DNA of 64,000 nucleotides. It comes from Gemmatimonadales bacterium (GTDB lineage: Bacteria; Gemmatimonadota; Gemmatimonadetes; Gemmatimonadales; GWC2-71-9). This document shows, piece by piece, positions 49,454 to 59,794 of the stretch. A model generated the notes under the pieces. It saw only the letters and a list, made by a program, of their open reading frames with translations, did no database searches and was not told the origin of the DNA. Each line of letters starts with the position of its first letter. Position 1 is the stretch's first letter. Made by a program: the position numbers and the translations under genes. Location of the stretch: NCBI GenBank assembly GCA_039794085.1, contig JBDIWC010000014.1, positions 16,227-80,226 on the forward strand, in the 5' to 3' direction.

Positions 49454-49504
49454 TTCCACTTTCTCCTTCACACGTCACACTTCGAACTTCACACGTCGAA
49501 CGTC
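49454..49504. repeat. Degenerate heptamer repeat TC(AC/GA)AC(G/T)
   Basis: TCACACG TCACACT TCGAACT TCACACG TCGAACG. Confidence 0.8.
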
Positions 49505-49547
49505 CCCCGGCGGGCGGGCGGGGTGGGTCGCCCGCTATATTGTGCGG

Positions 49548-51350
49548 ATGTCACAGCAGCACACCCGCAATTTCTGCATCGTCGCCCACATCGACCACGG
49601 CAAGTCGACCCTGGCCGATCGCCTCATCGAGGTCACCCGCACGGTTGAGAAGCGGCTCATGCGCGAGCAGCTCACCGACACGATGGATCTCGAGCGGGAG
49701 CGTGGCATCACCATCAAGCTCAACGCGGTGCGGATGCGCTACCCCGCCCGGGATGGGGTGGAGTACACCCTCAACCTGATCGACACCCCGGGCCACGTCG
49801 ACTTCACCTACGAGGTCTCGCGGTCCCTCGCGGCCTGCGAGGGCGCCATCCTCATCGTGGATGCCTCCCAGGGAGTCCAGGCCCAGACCTTGAGCAACCT
49901 CTTCCTCGCCCTCGATGCCGGGCTGGAGATCATCCCGGTCCTCAACAAGATCGACCTGCCGGGCGCGGAGCCGGAGCGGCGGGCCCAGGAGATCATCGAC
50001 CTCATCGGGGCCCGGCCCGAGGAGATCCTGGCGGTGAGTGCCAAGGAGGGCACCGGCGTGCCGGAGCTGCTGGAGGCGATCGTGGCCCGCATTCCTCCCC
50101 CGGCCGGCTCTCCGGAGGCCCCGCTCCGGGCTCTCATTTTCGACTCCTACTACGACCGGTACCGCGGGGCGATCCCGAGCATCCGGGTGGTGGACGGGGT
50201 CATCCGGAAGGGGATGCGGATCGTCTTCGGCGCCCACCCGGACGACGGGTACGATGTGGAGGAGGTCGGGCACCTGCAGCTGGGGCAACGGCCCGCTCCG
50301 ATGCTCGAGGCGGGCGACGTGGGCTATCTCGTGGCGAGTCTCCGCCAGGTGCGGGACGCCCGGGTGGGGGACACCATTCTCGACGCCGCCCACAGCACGA
50401 CGCCGCTCCTGCCCGGCTACCGGGACGTGACCTCGATGGTGTTCGCCGGGGTCTACCCCACGCAATCAGACCAGTACGAGCCCCTCCGCGATGCACTCGA
50501 GAAGCTGGTGCTGAACGATGCCAGTCTTCATTACGAGCCCGAAACGTCCACGGCACTCGGCTTCGGATTCCGGTGCGGGTTCCTCGGGCTGCTCCACATG
50601 GACATCGTCCAGGAACGGCTGGAACGCGAGTTCGGGCTCGACCTCATCACGACCGTCCCGACGGTGGAGCACCACGTCTACCTGACCAACGGGACCATGG
50701 TGGTGGTGGAGAATCCCTCCCACCTCCCCGATCCCGCCACCATCGACCGGATCGAGGAGCCCTATGTCAAGGCCCGCATCATGGCTCCCGCCGAGTACAT
50801 CGGGCCCATCATGCAACTCGGGCAGGACCGCCGGGGCATCTATCATGGGATGCACTACGTGGACACGGCCCGGGTGGAGTTCAGATGGGAGTTTCCCCTG
50901 GGCGAGATCGTGCTCGATTTCCACGACCGCCTCAAGTCCCTGAGCCGGGGATACGCCTCGATGGACTATGAGATGGGGGACTACCGGGCCTCCAAGCTCG
51001 TGAAGCTCGACATGCTCATCAACGCGGAGCAGATCGACGCCTTCAGCGTCATCATCCACCGCGACAAGTCCTACGAGTGGGGCCGGAAGGTCGCCGAGAA
51101 GCTCAAGGAACTCATCCCCCGCCAGCTCTTTCAGGTCGTGATCCAGGCCGCGATCGGCCACAAGATCATCGCGCGCGAAACCATCTCCGCCCTCCGCAAG
51201 GATGTGTTGGCCAAGTGCTACGGCGGGGACATCACCCGGAAGCGCAAGCTTCTGGAAAAGCAGAAGGAGGGGAAGAAGCGCATGAAGCAGATCGGACAGC
51301 TCGAGATTCCCCAGGAGGCCTTCCTCGCCGTCCTCCAGGTGGACAATTAG
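49548..51350 (+). CDS. lepA: Elongation factor 4
   Basis: [51 protein letters not shown]. Confidence 0.98.
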   Translation: MSQQHTRNFCIVAHIDHGKSTLADRLIEVTRTVEKRLMREQLTDTMDLERERGITIKLNAVRMRYPARDGVEYTLNLIDTPGHVDFTYEVSRSLAACEGAILIVDASQGVQAQTLSNLFLALDAGLEIIPVLNKIDLPGAEPERRAQEIIDLIGARPEEILAVSAKEGTGVPELLEAIVARIPPPAGSPEAPLRALIFDSYYDRYRGAIPSIRVVDGVIRKGMRIVFGAHPDDGYDVEEVGHLQLGQRPAPMLEAGDVGYLVASLRQVRDARVGDTILDAAHSTTPLLPGYRDVTSMVFAGVYPTQSDQYEPLRDALEKLVLNDASLHYEPETSTALGFGFRCGFLGLLHMDIVQERLEREFGLDLITTVPTVEHHVYLTNGTMVVVENPSHLPDPATIDRIEEPYVKARIMAPAEYIGPIMQLGQDRRGIYHGMHYVDTARVEFRWEFPLGEIVLDFHDRLKSLSRGYASMDYEMGDYRASKLVKLDMLINAEQIDAFSVIIHRDKSYEWGRKVAEKLKELIPRQLFQVVIQAAIGHKIIARETISALRKDVLAKCYGGDITRKRKLLEKQKEGKKRMKQIGQLEIPQEAFLAVLQVDN

Positions 51351-51366
51351 TCCTGGCACGGATCGC

Positions 51367-52353
51367 ATGGCAGGGACCCTCGTGATCCAGACCGCGTGGG
51401 CGGGAGACGTGGTTCTCACGACGCCCCTGCTCCACGCCCTGATCCCTCACGGACCGGTGGATGTCCTGGTGACACCCACCGGCGCCTCGCTCCTCGAGAA
51501 CCATCCCGGCATCCGGCGGGTGCATGCCTGGGACAAGACGCGGGATCGAAGGCCCGCGGCCCTCGCCCGTCTGGCCCGCCACCTGCGGTCGGTGAACTAT
51601 GACCGGGCCATCCTCCCGCACCGATCGCTTCGCTCCGCCCTGGTGGCCCGCCTCGCCGGCATTCCCGAACGCATCGGGTTCGGCGGACGCCTCCCCGCCC
51701 TGCTCTATTCACACCGGGTTCGCTGGCCCGCCGAACTCCACGAAACGGAACGGCTCCTCTCCCTGGCGCGGGACCAGGGCACGTCGGCGACTCCCACGGT
51801 GACTCTCCCGCTCACGACCGCCGAGCGCGACGGGGCCCGCGCCTGGCTCGCGGCCCGAGGCATCGCCCCGCCCTTCGTGGCCCTGGCCCCGGGTGCCGCG
51901 TGGGCCACGAAGCAGTGGCCCCGGTTCGGGGATCTGGCCGCCGGCCTCGCCGGTCCTGTCGTGGTGATCGGGAGCGCCGCGGAGCGGGATCTCGCCGGGG
52001 GCATTGCGGCGCGGGGCCCCGGGCGTGTTCATTCCGCGGCGGGGGAGACCAGTTTGCGACAGGCGCTGGGCCTCATCGCGGAGGCCGCGGTGCTGGTCAC
52101 CAACGACTCCGCGCCGATGCATCTGGCCGCGGCGACGGGCACGCCGGTGGTGGCGCTCTTCGGCCCCACGAGTCCGGAACTCGGGTTCGGACCCCGGGGG
52201 CCGCGAGACCGGGTTCTGGGCGTGGCGGACCTCGGGTGCCGCCCCTGCTCACCCCACGGCCCCCGGCGGTGCCCCCTGGGGCATCACCGGTGCCTGAGGA
52301 CCCTGCCGGTGGACGAGGTTCTCCAGGCCGTCAACGCGGTTCTTTCCACGTGA
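51367..52353 (+). CDS. waaF: GT9 LPS heptosyltransferase II-like
   Basis: GDVVL, APGA.W.TK.W, NDSAPMHLA, FGPT. Confidence 0.85.
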   Translation: MAGTLVIQTAWAGDVVLTTPLLHALIPHGPVDVLVTPTGASLLENHPGIRRVHAWDKTRDRRPAALARLARHLRSVNYDRAILPHRSLRSALVARLAGIPERIGFGGRLPALLYSHRVRWPAELHETERLLSLARDQGTSATPTVTLPLTTAERDGARAWLAARGIAPPFVALAPGAAWATKQWPRFGDLAAGLAGPVVVIGSAAERDLAGGIAARGPGRVHSAAGETSLRQALGLIAEAAVLVTNDSAPMHLAAATGTPVVALFGPTSPELGFGPRGPRDRVLGVADLGCRPCSPHGPRRCPLGHHRCLRTLPVDEVLQAVNAVLST

Positions 52354-52360
52354 GTTTTCT

Positions 52361-53350
52361 ATGGATGTGATCGTCGGGATCGATCTCGGGGGAACCAACA
52401 TCGCCGCGGGGGTGGTGGCCGCCGACGGGTCGCGCCTGCTCACCTTCCGGTCCCGGCCCACCCGCCCCGAGGAGGGCGCCGATGCCGTTCTCCGGAGGAT
52501 GGCCGGCACCGCACGGGAGGCGACCTCCGCCGCCGCGGCCGACCACCCCGACATTCGCGTGCTCGGCGTCGGCATCGGTGCGCCCGGGCCGCTCGACACC
52601 ACGACCGGGGTCGTCCTGCTCACCCCGAACCTCGGGTGGACCGACATGCCCCTCCGCCAGCGCATGGCCGACGCCCTGGCCCTTCCCACGACTCTCGACA
52701 ACGATGCCAACTGCGCCGTGCTGGGAGAATGGTGGCAGGGTGCCGCGCAGGGCTGTCGCGACGTGATCGGGCTGACCATCGGCACCGGCGTGGGGGGAGG
52801 GATCCTCCTCAACGGCGCCATCCACCACGGGGCGTCGGACTGTGCCGGGGAGGTCGGTCACTCCACCATCGACGCCCATGGCCGGCGCTGTGTTTGCGGC
52901 AACGACGGCTGCGTCGAGGCCTATGCCGCGGGACCCGCCATCGCCCGCCGGGCCACCGAGCTGATCGCCTCCGGGGCCGAGTCGCGCCTCGCGGCACCCG
53001 GCACCGGCCCCCTCACGGCCCAGATGGTGTATGAGGCCGCCGAACTGGGCGATGACGTGGCACGAGAGGTGGTCCGGGACACCGCCAAGTACCTCGGGGC
53101 GGCCGTGGCCAATCTGATCAACATCTTCAATCCGGAGGTCGTGGTGCTGTGTGGTGGAGTGGTCCGCGCCGGGGATTCTCTCTTTCTGCCCCTGCGGCAG
53201 GAAGTAGCCCGCCGCGCCTTCCGTCCCGCGGTCGCGGCGTGCCGCATCGTGCCCGGATCCCTGGGCGACGCGGCGGGAGTGTACGGGGCGGCCCAGAGCT
53301 TCCACCAGCTCCGATTTAGCCGGGTCAGCCACCCGGCCCCGGGAGCCTGA
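52361..53350 (+). CDS. ROK-family sugar kinase (glucokinase-like)
   Basis: GIDLGGT, NDAN, GTGVGGG, GEVGH, CVCGNDGCVE. Confidence 0.93.
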   Translation: MDVIVGIDLGGTNIAAGVVAADGSRLLTFRSRPTRPEEGADAVLRRMAGTAREATSAAAADHPDIRVLGVGIGAPGPLDTTTGVVLLTPNLGWTDMPLRQRMADALALPTTLDNDANCAVLGEWWQGAAQGCRDVIGLTIGTGVGGGILLNGAIHHGASDCAGEVGHSTIDAHGRRCVCGNDGCVEAYAAGPAIARRATELIASGAESRLAAPGTGPLTAQMVYEAAELGDDVAREVVRDTAKYLGAAVANLINIFNPEVVVLCGGVVRAGDSLFLPLRQEVARRAFRPAVAACRIVPGSLGDAAGVYGAAQSFHQLRFSRVSHPAPGA

Positions 53351-53356
53351 GGACCC

Positions 53357-54322
53357 ATGCCGCGCGTCGGGGTCATCGGATCGCTGGTCTGGGACGTGAT
53401 CCACGGGAGGGACCGAACCCGGGCTCCCGTGGAGGAGTGGGGAGGGATCGCCTACGCCCTCGCCGGCCTGGATGCCGCCCTGCCGGACTCCTGGGAAATC
53501 GTTCCCCTGATCAAGGTGGGACGCGACCTGAGCGAGCGCGCCGCCGGCTTCCTGCGCGAGATCGAGCATCGCGCGCCGGGCGCCCGGTTCCCCGAGGTGG
53601 ATTCCCCCACCAACCGGGTGGTCCTGCAGTATCAATCCGCGGAGCGGCGGTGTGAGCGGATGGCGGGGGGTGTCCCCGGGTGGACCTGGCCCGAACTCGG
53701 GCCCCTGGTACGGGACCTGGACGCGATCTATCTGAATTTCATCAGCGGCTTCGAGCTCTGCCTCGGCACCGCCACCGCCCTCCGCCAGGGATTCGCCGGG
53801 CCGATCTATGCCGACCTCCACAGTCTCTTCCTGGGCATGCAGCATGACGGACTCCGGATGCTCCGTCCCCTGCCCGACGCTCCCTCCTGGTTCCGCTGTT
53901 TCGACGTCGTCCAGATGAACGAGGACGAGATGCGGGAGCTCTCCCCCGACCCGATGGCCCTCTCGGCGGGGGTCCTCGAAGCCGGGGTCTCGCTGTTGCT
54001 GGTCACCCTCGGGCCCCGGGGCGTGATCTATGTGGCCGCCCCCGATTTCGACCGTCTCTCCCTCGGGCCCCGGTCCGCCCACGGTCCCCCCCGCGGAGGC
54101 GCCATCCGGACTGCGCGCGTACCCTCGACCCCGGTTCCCGATGCCGACCCCACGGGATGCGGCGATGTGTTCGGGGCCGCCTGTTGTGCCCGGTTGCTGG
54201 CCGGCGATTCCCTGGATCACGCCCTGGCCGTTGCCGTCCGACTCGCCGAGCGCAACGCCGGATTCCGGGGGGCATCGGCTCTCCGCCAGCGGCTCCGCGG
54301 CCATCTCGTGGAGGCGCCGTGA
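53357..54322 (+). CDS. PfkB-family carbohydrate kinase
   Basis: NEDE, VTLGPRG, DPTGCGDVF. Confidence 0.85.
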   Translation: MPRVGVIGSLVWDVIHGRDRTRAPVEEWGGIAYALAGLDAALPDSWEIVPLIKVGRDLSERAAGFLREIEHRAPGARFPEVDSPTNRVVLQYQSAERRCERMAGGVPGWTWPELGPLVRDLDAIYLNFISGFELCLGTATALRQGFAGPIYADLHSLFLGMQHDGLRMLRPLPDAPSWFRCFDVVQMNEDEMRELSPDPMALSAGVLEAGVSLLLVTLGPRGVIYVAAPDFDRLSLGPRSAHGPPRGGAIRTARVPSTPVPDADPTGCGDVFGAACCARLLAGDSLDHALAVAVRLAERNAGFRGASALRQRLRGHLVEAP

Positions 54323-55212
54323 AGGTCATTCCCGTTCCCTCGTCCCTGGACGACCGTTCCCTCGACCAGCTCGCCGCGAGTCTCGGCGACTGGCCCCCGG
54401 ACACCCGCCTCCTCCTCGATGCCCGGGCCACCACCTGGGCCTCCCCCTTCGGCTTCACCGCCCTGCTCAGCCTGGGCGAGGCCCTGGCCGACGCCGGCGC
54501 GGAAAAGCCCCGGTTTGCGGTGCCGGCCCAGGATGATGTCCGGTCCTACTGGGCCCGGGCCGGATTCTTTCAGCACGCCGACTCCTGTTTCGAGCTGCAC
54601 GGCAAGGTACCCCGGCGATCCACCGACGTCGCCAGTGATGTCCTGCTCCCGGTGATGCCGGTGCGGGCCTCCGGCGACGTGCACGCCGTGGTCAACCGCA
54701 TCCAGGAGGGGGCGGCCCGGATTCTGACCCATGAACTCGGGATCCCCACCAAGGCCACGATGCGCTTTGCCATGACCCTGTCGGAAGCGTGCCAGAACGT
54801 CGTCGAGCACGCCGGCACGGGGGGCTGGGTGGCAGTCCAGGCCTACACCTGGCGCAAGCGACTCGGGAAGCGCGTGGTCGTCATCGCCGTCAGCGACGGG
54901 GGAGTCGGGTTCCGTCGCTCCCTGGAGGCCACCGAGTCCCGGCGGCATGGCGAGCGATGGAATGACCGGGTGGCTCTCGAGTCGGCGCTGATACACGGCG
55001 TGAGTCGGTTCCGGGATCCGGGGCGGGGGCAGGGCCTGGGAGCGATCAAGCACTTCCTCAAGGATTGGCACGGCAAGATCTCGATCCGGAGCGGCACCGC
55101 CCGGCTCTCCATCCTGCCGGCCTGGGATGATGACGTTCCGATGGCCGAGGGATTACCATTCTTCCCGGGTTCCCAGGTCCAGATCGTGGTGCCGGCCCAG
55201 GAGGGCACGTGA
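54319..55212 (+). CDS. STAS-like plus HATPase (RsbW/SpoIIAB-like) protein
   Basis: SEACQNVVEHA N-box, VSDGGVGF G1, GRGQGLG G2; no His phosphoacceptor box. Confidence 0.75.
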   Translation: MKVIPVPSSLDDRSLDQLAASLGDWPPDTRLLLDARATTWASPFGFTALLSLGEALADAGAEKPRFAVPAQDDVRSYWARAGFFQHADSCFELHGKVPRRSTDVASDVLLPVMPVRASGDVHAVVNRIQEGAARILTHELGIPTKATMRFAMTLSEACQNVVEHAGTGGWVAVQAYTWRKRLGKRVVVIAVSDGGVGFRRSLEATESRRHGERWNDRVALESALIHGVSRFRDPGRGQGLGAIKHFLKDWHGKISIRSGTARLSILPAWDDDVPMAEGLPFFPGSQVQIVVPAQEGT

Positions 55213-55760
55213 TCCATACCATCTGCGTCCATGGCGTGCTCCGGGACACCCTCGGAATCGCCCCCTACGGAGCGCTGGTCACCCGGCCCACCGGAGCCGC
55301 CGTCCGGGGACGCATCTGCGAGGTCATCGCCCGGACGCCGGTTCCCACCACCTGGCTCGACTTTGGAGCGGTGGATCTCATGGACTTTTCCTGCGCCGAT
55401 GAAGTGGTCGCCAAGCTGCTTCAGGATCCCGACCCGGACCACGCGCGATATGTGGTCCTGTCCGGACTCACCGAAGAGATGTGCGACGCGATCGATTCCG
55501 TTCTGTCCCGCCAGCACCTGGCCGTGGTCGGATGCCTGCGGGAAGAGACCTCACCGACCCCCCTCCTCCTCGGCTGGGCCACTCCCGATATGCGCACCGT
55601 CTTCACCGCCGTCCAGGATCATGGCCCCGGCGAGACCCACTCTCTCTCCACCCGGATCGGCTGGAGCGTGGAGAAGACGGCGGACACCCTGCAGAGTCTC
55701 GCACTCCGCGGTCTCATCCACGCCTCGGCCGGCCAGTTCCGCCCCCTGGTCGCCCCATGA
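55209..55760 (+). CDS. STAS-like (DUF4325-type) plus C-terminal wHTH-like protein
   Basis: LVTRPTG..VR, LDF..V..MDFSCADEVV; C-terminal helix-turn-helix-like segment. Confidence 0.65.
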   Translation: MIHTICVHGVLRDTLGIAPYGALVTRPTGAAVRGRICEVIARTPVPTTWLDFGAVDLMDFSCADEVVAKLLQDPDPDHARYVVLSGLTEEMCDAIDSVLSRQHLAVVGCLREETSPTPLLLGWATPDMRTVFTAVQDHGPGETHSLSTRIGWSVEKTADTLQSLALRGLIHASAGQFRPLVAP

Positions 55761-56962
55761 AGCGTACTCCCTCGACACCGTCCTCGCCCGCCTCACCTCC
55801 ACCCGGGACCCCCCCGCGCGGGTCGTCCACTCTCGCCGTGCACGGAGGGGCCTCGCCCCGCAAGCCGGACTGGAGCCCGGTGGCTCCGCCCATCGTCCAG
55901 AGCAGCACCTTCGTCAATCCGGTCGGATCCACGGCCGAGGTGCTCTATTCCCGGTACGGCAACAATCCGACCCAGGTGGAACTGGCCCGCAAGTACGCGG
56001 TGCTGGAAGGAGCGGAGAGTGCGTTGTTCGTGGGAAGCGGGATGGGAGCCACGGCCCTCGCCCACCTCGCGGTTCTCCGCCCCGGTGATCACCTGGTCTC
56101 CAGCGAATGGATCTACGGCGGCACCCGGAACCTCTTCGACAGCGAGCTGGGCCGGTTCGGCATCGAGGTCACCTACGTCAACCCCGACCATCCGCGGGAA
56201 TGGCGGCGGGCGATTCGATCCACCACCCGGGCCCTTTTTCTGGAGACGCCCACCAATCCCCTTCTCCGGATCATCGGCATCGAGCCGATCGCGGTGATCG
56301 CCCGGGAGTACGGGGTGGCCCTGCTGGTGGACTCGACCTTCGCGAGCCCGATCAACCTCCGCCCCCTGAGCCAGGGGGCGGATGTGGTCATCACCAGCGC
56401 CACCAAATACCTCAACGGTCACAGCGACGTCATCGCGGGCGCGGTCGCTGGATCCGCCTCGGTCATCGAGGAGGTCACCCGACTGATGCGCCTCTGGGGA
56501 CAGGCGATCGACCCGCACGCCGCCTGGCTCATCGATCGCGGAATGCGCACCCTGGCCCTCCGGGTGGCCCGCCACAACGAGAACGGCGCCGCGGTGGCCT
56601 CCTGGGCCGAGACCCGCGCGGGGATCCGGCGGGTCCACTACCCCGGGCTCCCGTCCCACCCCGATCATGCCGTGGCCCGGCGGACCCTTCAGGGCTTTGG
56701 CGGGATGGTGGGGCTCGAACTTGACGGAGGTGTGGAGGCGGCCGAGCGCTTCCTCCGGCGGCTCTCCCTGGTGACCCACGCCCCGAGCCTGGCCGGGGTC
56801 GAGAGCCTGATTTCAGAACCCCGTCTCACCTCGCACGCCTCCTTCACGCCGGAGGCCCGCCATGCCATGGGCATCCCCGACGGATTCCTCCGGCTGAGCT
56901 GTGGGATCGAGGATGCCGCGGACATCATCGGCGACCTCGACCACGCCCTGGGAACCGGATGA
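55757..56962 (+). CDS. PLP-dependent trans-sulfuration enzyme (Cys/Met gamma-lyase/synthase family)
   Basis: YSRYGNNPT, SGMGA, ETPTNP, DSTFASP, SATKYLNGHSD. Confidence 0.93.
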   Translation: MKRTPSTPSSPASPPPGTPPRGSSTLAVHGGASPRKPDWSPVAPPIVQSSTFVNPVGSTAEVLYSRYGNNPTQVELARKYAVLEGAESALFVGSGMGATALAHLAVLRPGDHLVSSEWIYGGTRNLFDSELGRFGIEVTYVNPDHPREWRRAIRSTTRALFLETPTNPLLRIIGIEPIAVIAREYGVALLVDSTFASPINLRPLSQGADVVITSATKYLNGHSDVIAGAVAGSASVIEEVTRLMRLWGQAIDPHAAWLIDRGMRTLALRVARHNENGAAVASWAETRAGIRRVHYPGLPSHPDHAVARRTLQGFGGMVGLELDGGVEAAERFLRRLSLVTHAPSLAGVESLISEPRLTSHASFTPEARHAMGIPDGFLRLSCGIEDAADIIGDLDHALGTG

Positions 56963-57008
56963 CTCCTCCCCGCTACCCTGAGCCGGTGAAGCGTCCTATC
57001 TTCCCGGG

Positions 57009-57698
57009 GTGATTCGCTTTTCCCACGTCTCCAAGTCGTTCCCCGGCGGGGGATCCGCCCTGCGGGACGTCTCGTTCCACGTGCCGCGGGGGGAGTTCGT
57101 GTTCCTCACCGGGCATTCGGGCGCGGGCAAGTCCACCATCCTGTCCCTGCTCCATGCTCACGAGCGACCGACCGAGGGAGAGGTCCGGATCTCCGGATAT
57201 TCCACCGGCGCACTCCGCCCCCGTGACGTGTCCAAGCTCCGGCGCCGCCTTGGCATCGTCTTCCAGGACTTCCGGCTCCTCGACTCCCGGACCGCCGAGG
57301 AGAACGTGGCCTTTGCCCTCGAGGTCACCGGAGCGCCCCGGGCCTCCATTCCCGGACGGACCATGCGCGCTCTCACCCGGGTCGGTCTGGCCGGCAAGGC
57401 ACGGGCCTATCCCCGGGAACTCTCCGGCGGGGAGCAGCAGCGGGTGGCCATCGCCCGGGCCATCGTGAACGACCCCCCGATCGTGCTCGCCGATGAGCCC
57501 ACCGGCAACCTCGACGAGCGGGCGCGGAATGGCGTGTTCCAGCTCCTGCGGGACGTGCACGACGGGGGAACCGTGGTGGTGATGGCCACCCACGATCTCG
57601 ACCTGGTCCAATCGTACCCGGAGGGACGGGTGGTCGAACTCCGCGAAGGCCGGATCGTGTTCGACAGCGCCACCGACGGCACCCCGGAGGTCCCGTGA
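57009..57698 (+). CDS. ftsE: Cell division ATP-binding protein FtsE
   Basis: GHSGAGKST, VFQDFRLL, LSGGEQQRV, ADEPTGNLD. Confidence 0.93.
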   Translation: MIRFSHVSKSFPGGGSALRDVSFHVPRGEFVFLTGHSGAGKSTILSLLHAHERPTEGEVRISGYSTGALRPRDVSKLRRRLGIVFQDFRLLDSRTAEENVAFALEVTGAPRASIPGRTMRALTRVGLAGKARAYPRELSGGEQQRVAIARAIVNDPPIVLADEPTGNLDERARNGVFQLLRDVHDGGTVVVMATHDLDLVQSYPEGRVVELREGRIVFDSATDGTPEVP

Positions 57699-58567
57699 GA
57701 CTCGTTTGGCGCGAGGTCCTCCTCGGGTTCCGGCGCATGCCTCTCCTGTCGCTCCTGTCGATCCTCATGATCGCCGTGTCGCTCTTTTCCGTGTCCCTCT
57801 TCGGGCTCGTCGCCATCAACCTCCGCCACAGCCTCTCCGGGCTGGCCGAGCGCGTCGAGGTCGTGGCGTTTCTTCTGCGCGGCACCCCCACCGAGACCAT
57901 CACCTTGGCGGCGGAGGACATTACCGCCTTTCCCGAGGTCCTCGCCGTCCGCTATGTGAGCGAGGACGACGCGCTGGAGAGGGCCCGGGAGGAGCTGGTG
58001 GAGTTCCGAGAGGCCTATCAGGACCTGGCCACAAACCCCCTGCCCGCCTCCCTGGAAATCCGGCTCCGCCCCGAGTTCCGCACCAGCACCGCGGCCCAGG
58101 CCGTGGCGGAACGCCTGCGGGGATACGGCTTCATCGACGACGTGCGGTTCGGGCAGGAGTGGGTGGAGCGCCTCGACCGGATCCGGGCCCTGGCCGGGAT
58201 CGTGGGGCTCGCCACCGGCATCGCCTTCGCCTTCGTGGCCACCGTGATCATCGGGGTGACCATCCGGATGACCATCCTCCAGCGGGCCCGGGAGATCGCC
58301 ATCATGCGGCTGGTGGGGGCCACGGACAGTTTCATCCGGAGGCCGTTCCTGCTGGAGGGGGCCCTGCGCGGACTGGCGGGAGGTCTCCTCGCCCTCGCTC
58401 TCAGTTGGCTCACCCTGGCGGGGTTCCGGCAGATGATGGGCATGACGTTCACCGATCTCGTCTTCTTCACGCCGACGGAAGGTGCGCTGCTCACCGGGTT
58501 TGGCGTGGTGATCGGACTCGGTGGGAGCCTCCTCAGCGTGAGGCGTCATCTGCGGGAGGTCCGCTAG
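57695..58567 (+). CDS. ftsX: Cell division permease FtsX
   Basis: NPLPAS, EIAIMRLVGAT..FIRRPFLLEG. Confidence 0.93.
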   Translation: MRLVWREVLLGFRRMPLLSLLSILMIAVSLFSVSLFGLVAINLRHSLSGLAERVEVVAFLLRGTPTETITLAAEDITAFPEVLAVRYVSEDDALERAREELVEFREAYQDLATNPLPASLEIRLRPEFRTSTAAQAVAERLRGYGFIDDVRFGQEWVERLDRIRALAGIVGLATGIAFAFVATVIIGVTIRMTILQRAREIAIMRLVGATDSFIRRPFLLEGALRGLAGGLLALALSWLTLAGFRQMMGMTFTDLVFFTPTEGALLTGFGVVIGLGGSLLSVRRHLREVR

Positions 58568-58570
58568 ATC

Positions 58571-59794
58571 ATGGCACGCCTCCCCGGATTCGGCCGGTCC
58601 AACCGAGGGTCCCGCGCTCCCCGCCGGATCGCGGTTGCCGCCCTCGGGGCCCTGCTGCTGGCGGGCCTGTCCCGGGGCCATGCCCAGGGCCCTCCCGACC
58701 CGGAGGAAAGCCGACGACGGATCGAAGCCATCCGTGCCGAGCGCCAACGGCTCGAACAGGAACAGGCGCGGCTCCAGGGCCAGTTGAGTGACGTCGGGGT
58801 CGACCTTCGCAACATCGAGCGCCAGCGCGATGCCACCAACCGCCTGATCAACGAGATCGATCGCCAGATCAGCACCCTGGGCAGCCAGCTCGACCAGACC
58901 AGCGCGCAACTGGTGCTCGCCCAGGACAACCTCGCCGAACGCCGGGCCGTGCTGGAACGGCGCCTGGTCGACATCTACAAGCGGGGCCCTCTCCACACGG
59001 TGCAGGTGCTCCTGGCCGCGGAGTCCTTCGCCGACCTGCTCAGCCGGTACAAATATCTCGATCTGACCAGCCGCCAGGATCGCTCCCTGTTCGAGGACAT
59101 CCAGCGGCTCAACCAGCGCATGATCGCCGACCGCCAGACCCTCCTGGCCGTCCGGGACCAGCTCGACCGCCGCAAGGATGAGCGAGGATCCGAGCTGCAA
59201 CGATACAGCCAGCTCGCCAATGCCCGGGCTCGCCGCCTCAACACGCTCCGCTCCACGGCCCGGCAGACCCAGCAGCGGATCACCGCGCTGGAGCGCGATG
59301 AAGCCCGGCTCAACGAGGTGCTGGCCACCCTCGAACGGACCCGCCGGGCCACCCCGGGGAGACGACCCATCCCGGGAGCCGGCATCACGACCGATGACAT
59401 CGGACGTCTCGACTGGCCGGTGGAGGGGCGCATCGTGTTCCAGTTCGGGCGCGAAACTCTCCCCGGCGGAGGAGTCATCCGGTGGAACGGCATCGGAATC
59501 GGGGCGCCCGTGGGCACGCCGGTTCACGCGGTGGCCGACGGACGCATCGCCGTAGTGCAGAACCTGAACACCTACGGATTGACCGCCGTCCTCGAGCACG
59601 GCAACGGATACTACTCCCTCTACATGCAACTCGCCGAGGCCCGGGTCCGCCCCGGGGACCAGGTGACCAAGGGCCAGGTCCTCGGCACGGTCGGTGGATC
59701 CAACACCGACAAGGGTCCCCACCTGCATTTCGAGATCCGGGGCGAGAACCAGATCGCGCTCGATCCCCTCGACTGGCTCCGGCGACGCCGATGA
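58571..59794 (+). CDS. envC: EnvC-like coiled-coil plus degenerate M23 protein
   Basis: Coiled coil; WPVEG, WNGI.I, HLHFEIR; follows ftsEX. Confidence 0.88.
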   Translation: MARLPGFGRSNRGSRAPRRIAVAALGALLLAGLSRGHAQGPPDPEESRRRIEAIRAERQRLEQEQARLQGQLSDVGVDLRNIERQRDATNRLINEIDRQISTLGSQLDQTSAQLVLAQDNLAERRAVLERRLVDIYKRGPLHTVQVLLAAESFADLLSRYKYLDLTSRQDRSLFEDIQRLNQRMIADRQTLLAVRDQLDRRKDERGSELQRYSQLANARARRLNTLRSTARQTQQRITALERDEARLNEVLATLERTRRATPGRRPIPGAGITTDDIGRLDWPVEGRIVFQFGRETLPGGGVIRWNGIGIGAPVGTPVHAVADGRIAVVQNLNTYGLTAVLEHGNGYYSLYMQLAEARVRPGDQVTKGQVLGTVGGSNTDKGPHLHFEIRGENQIALDPLDWLRRRR

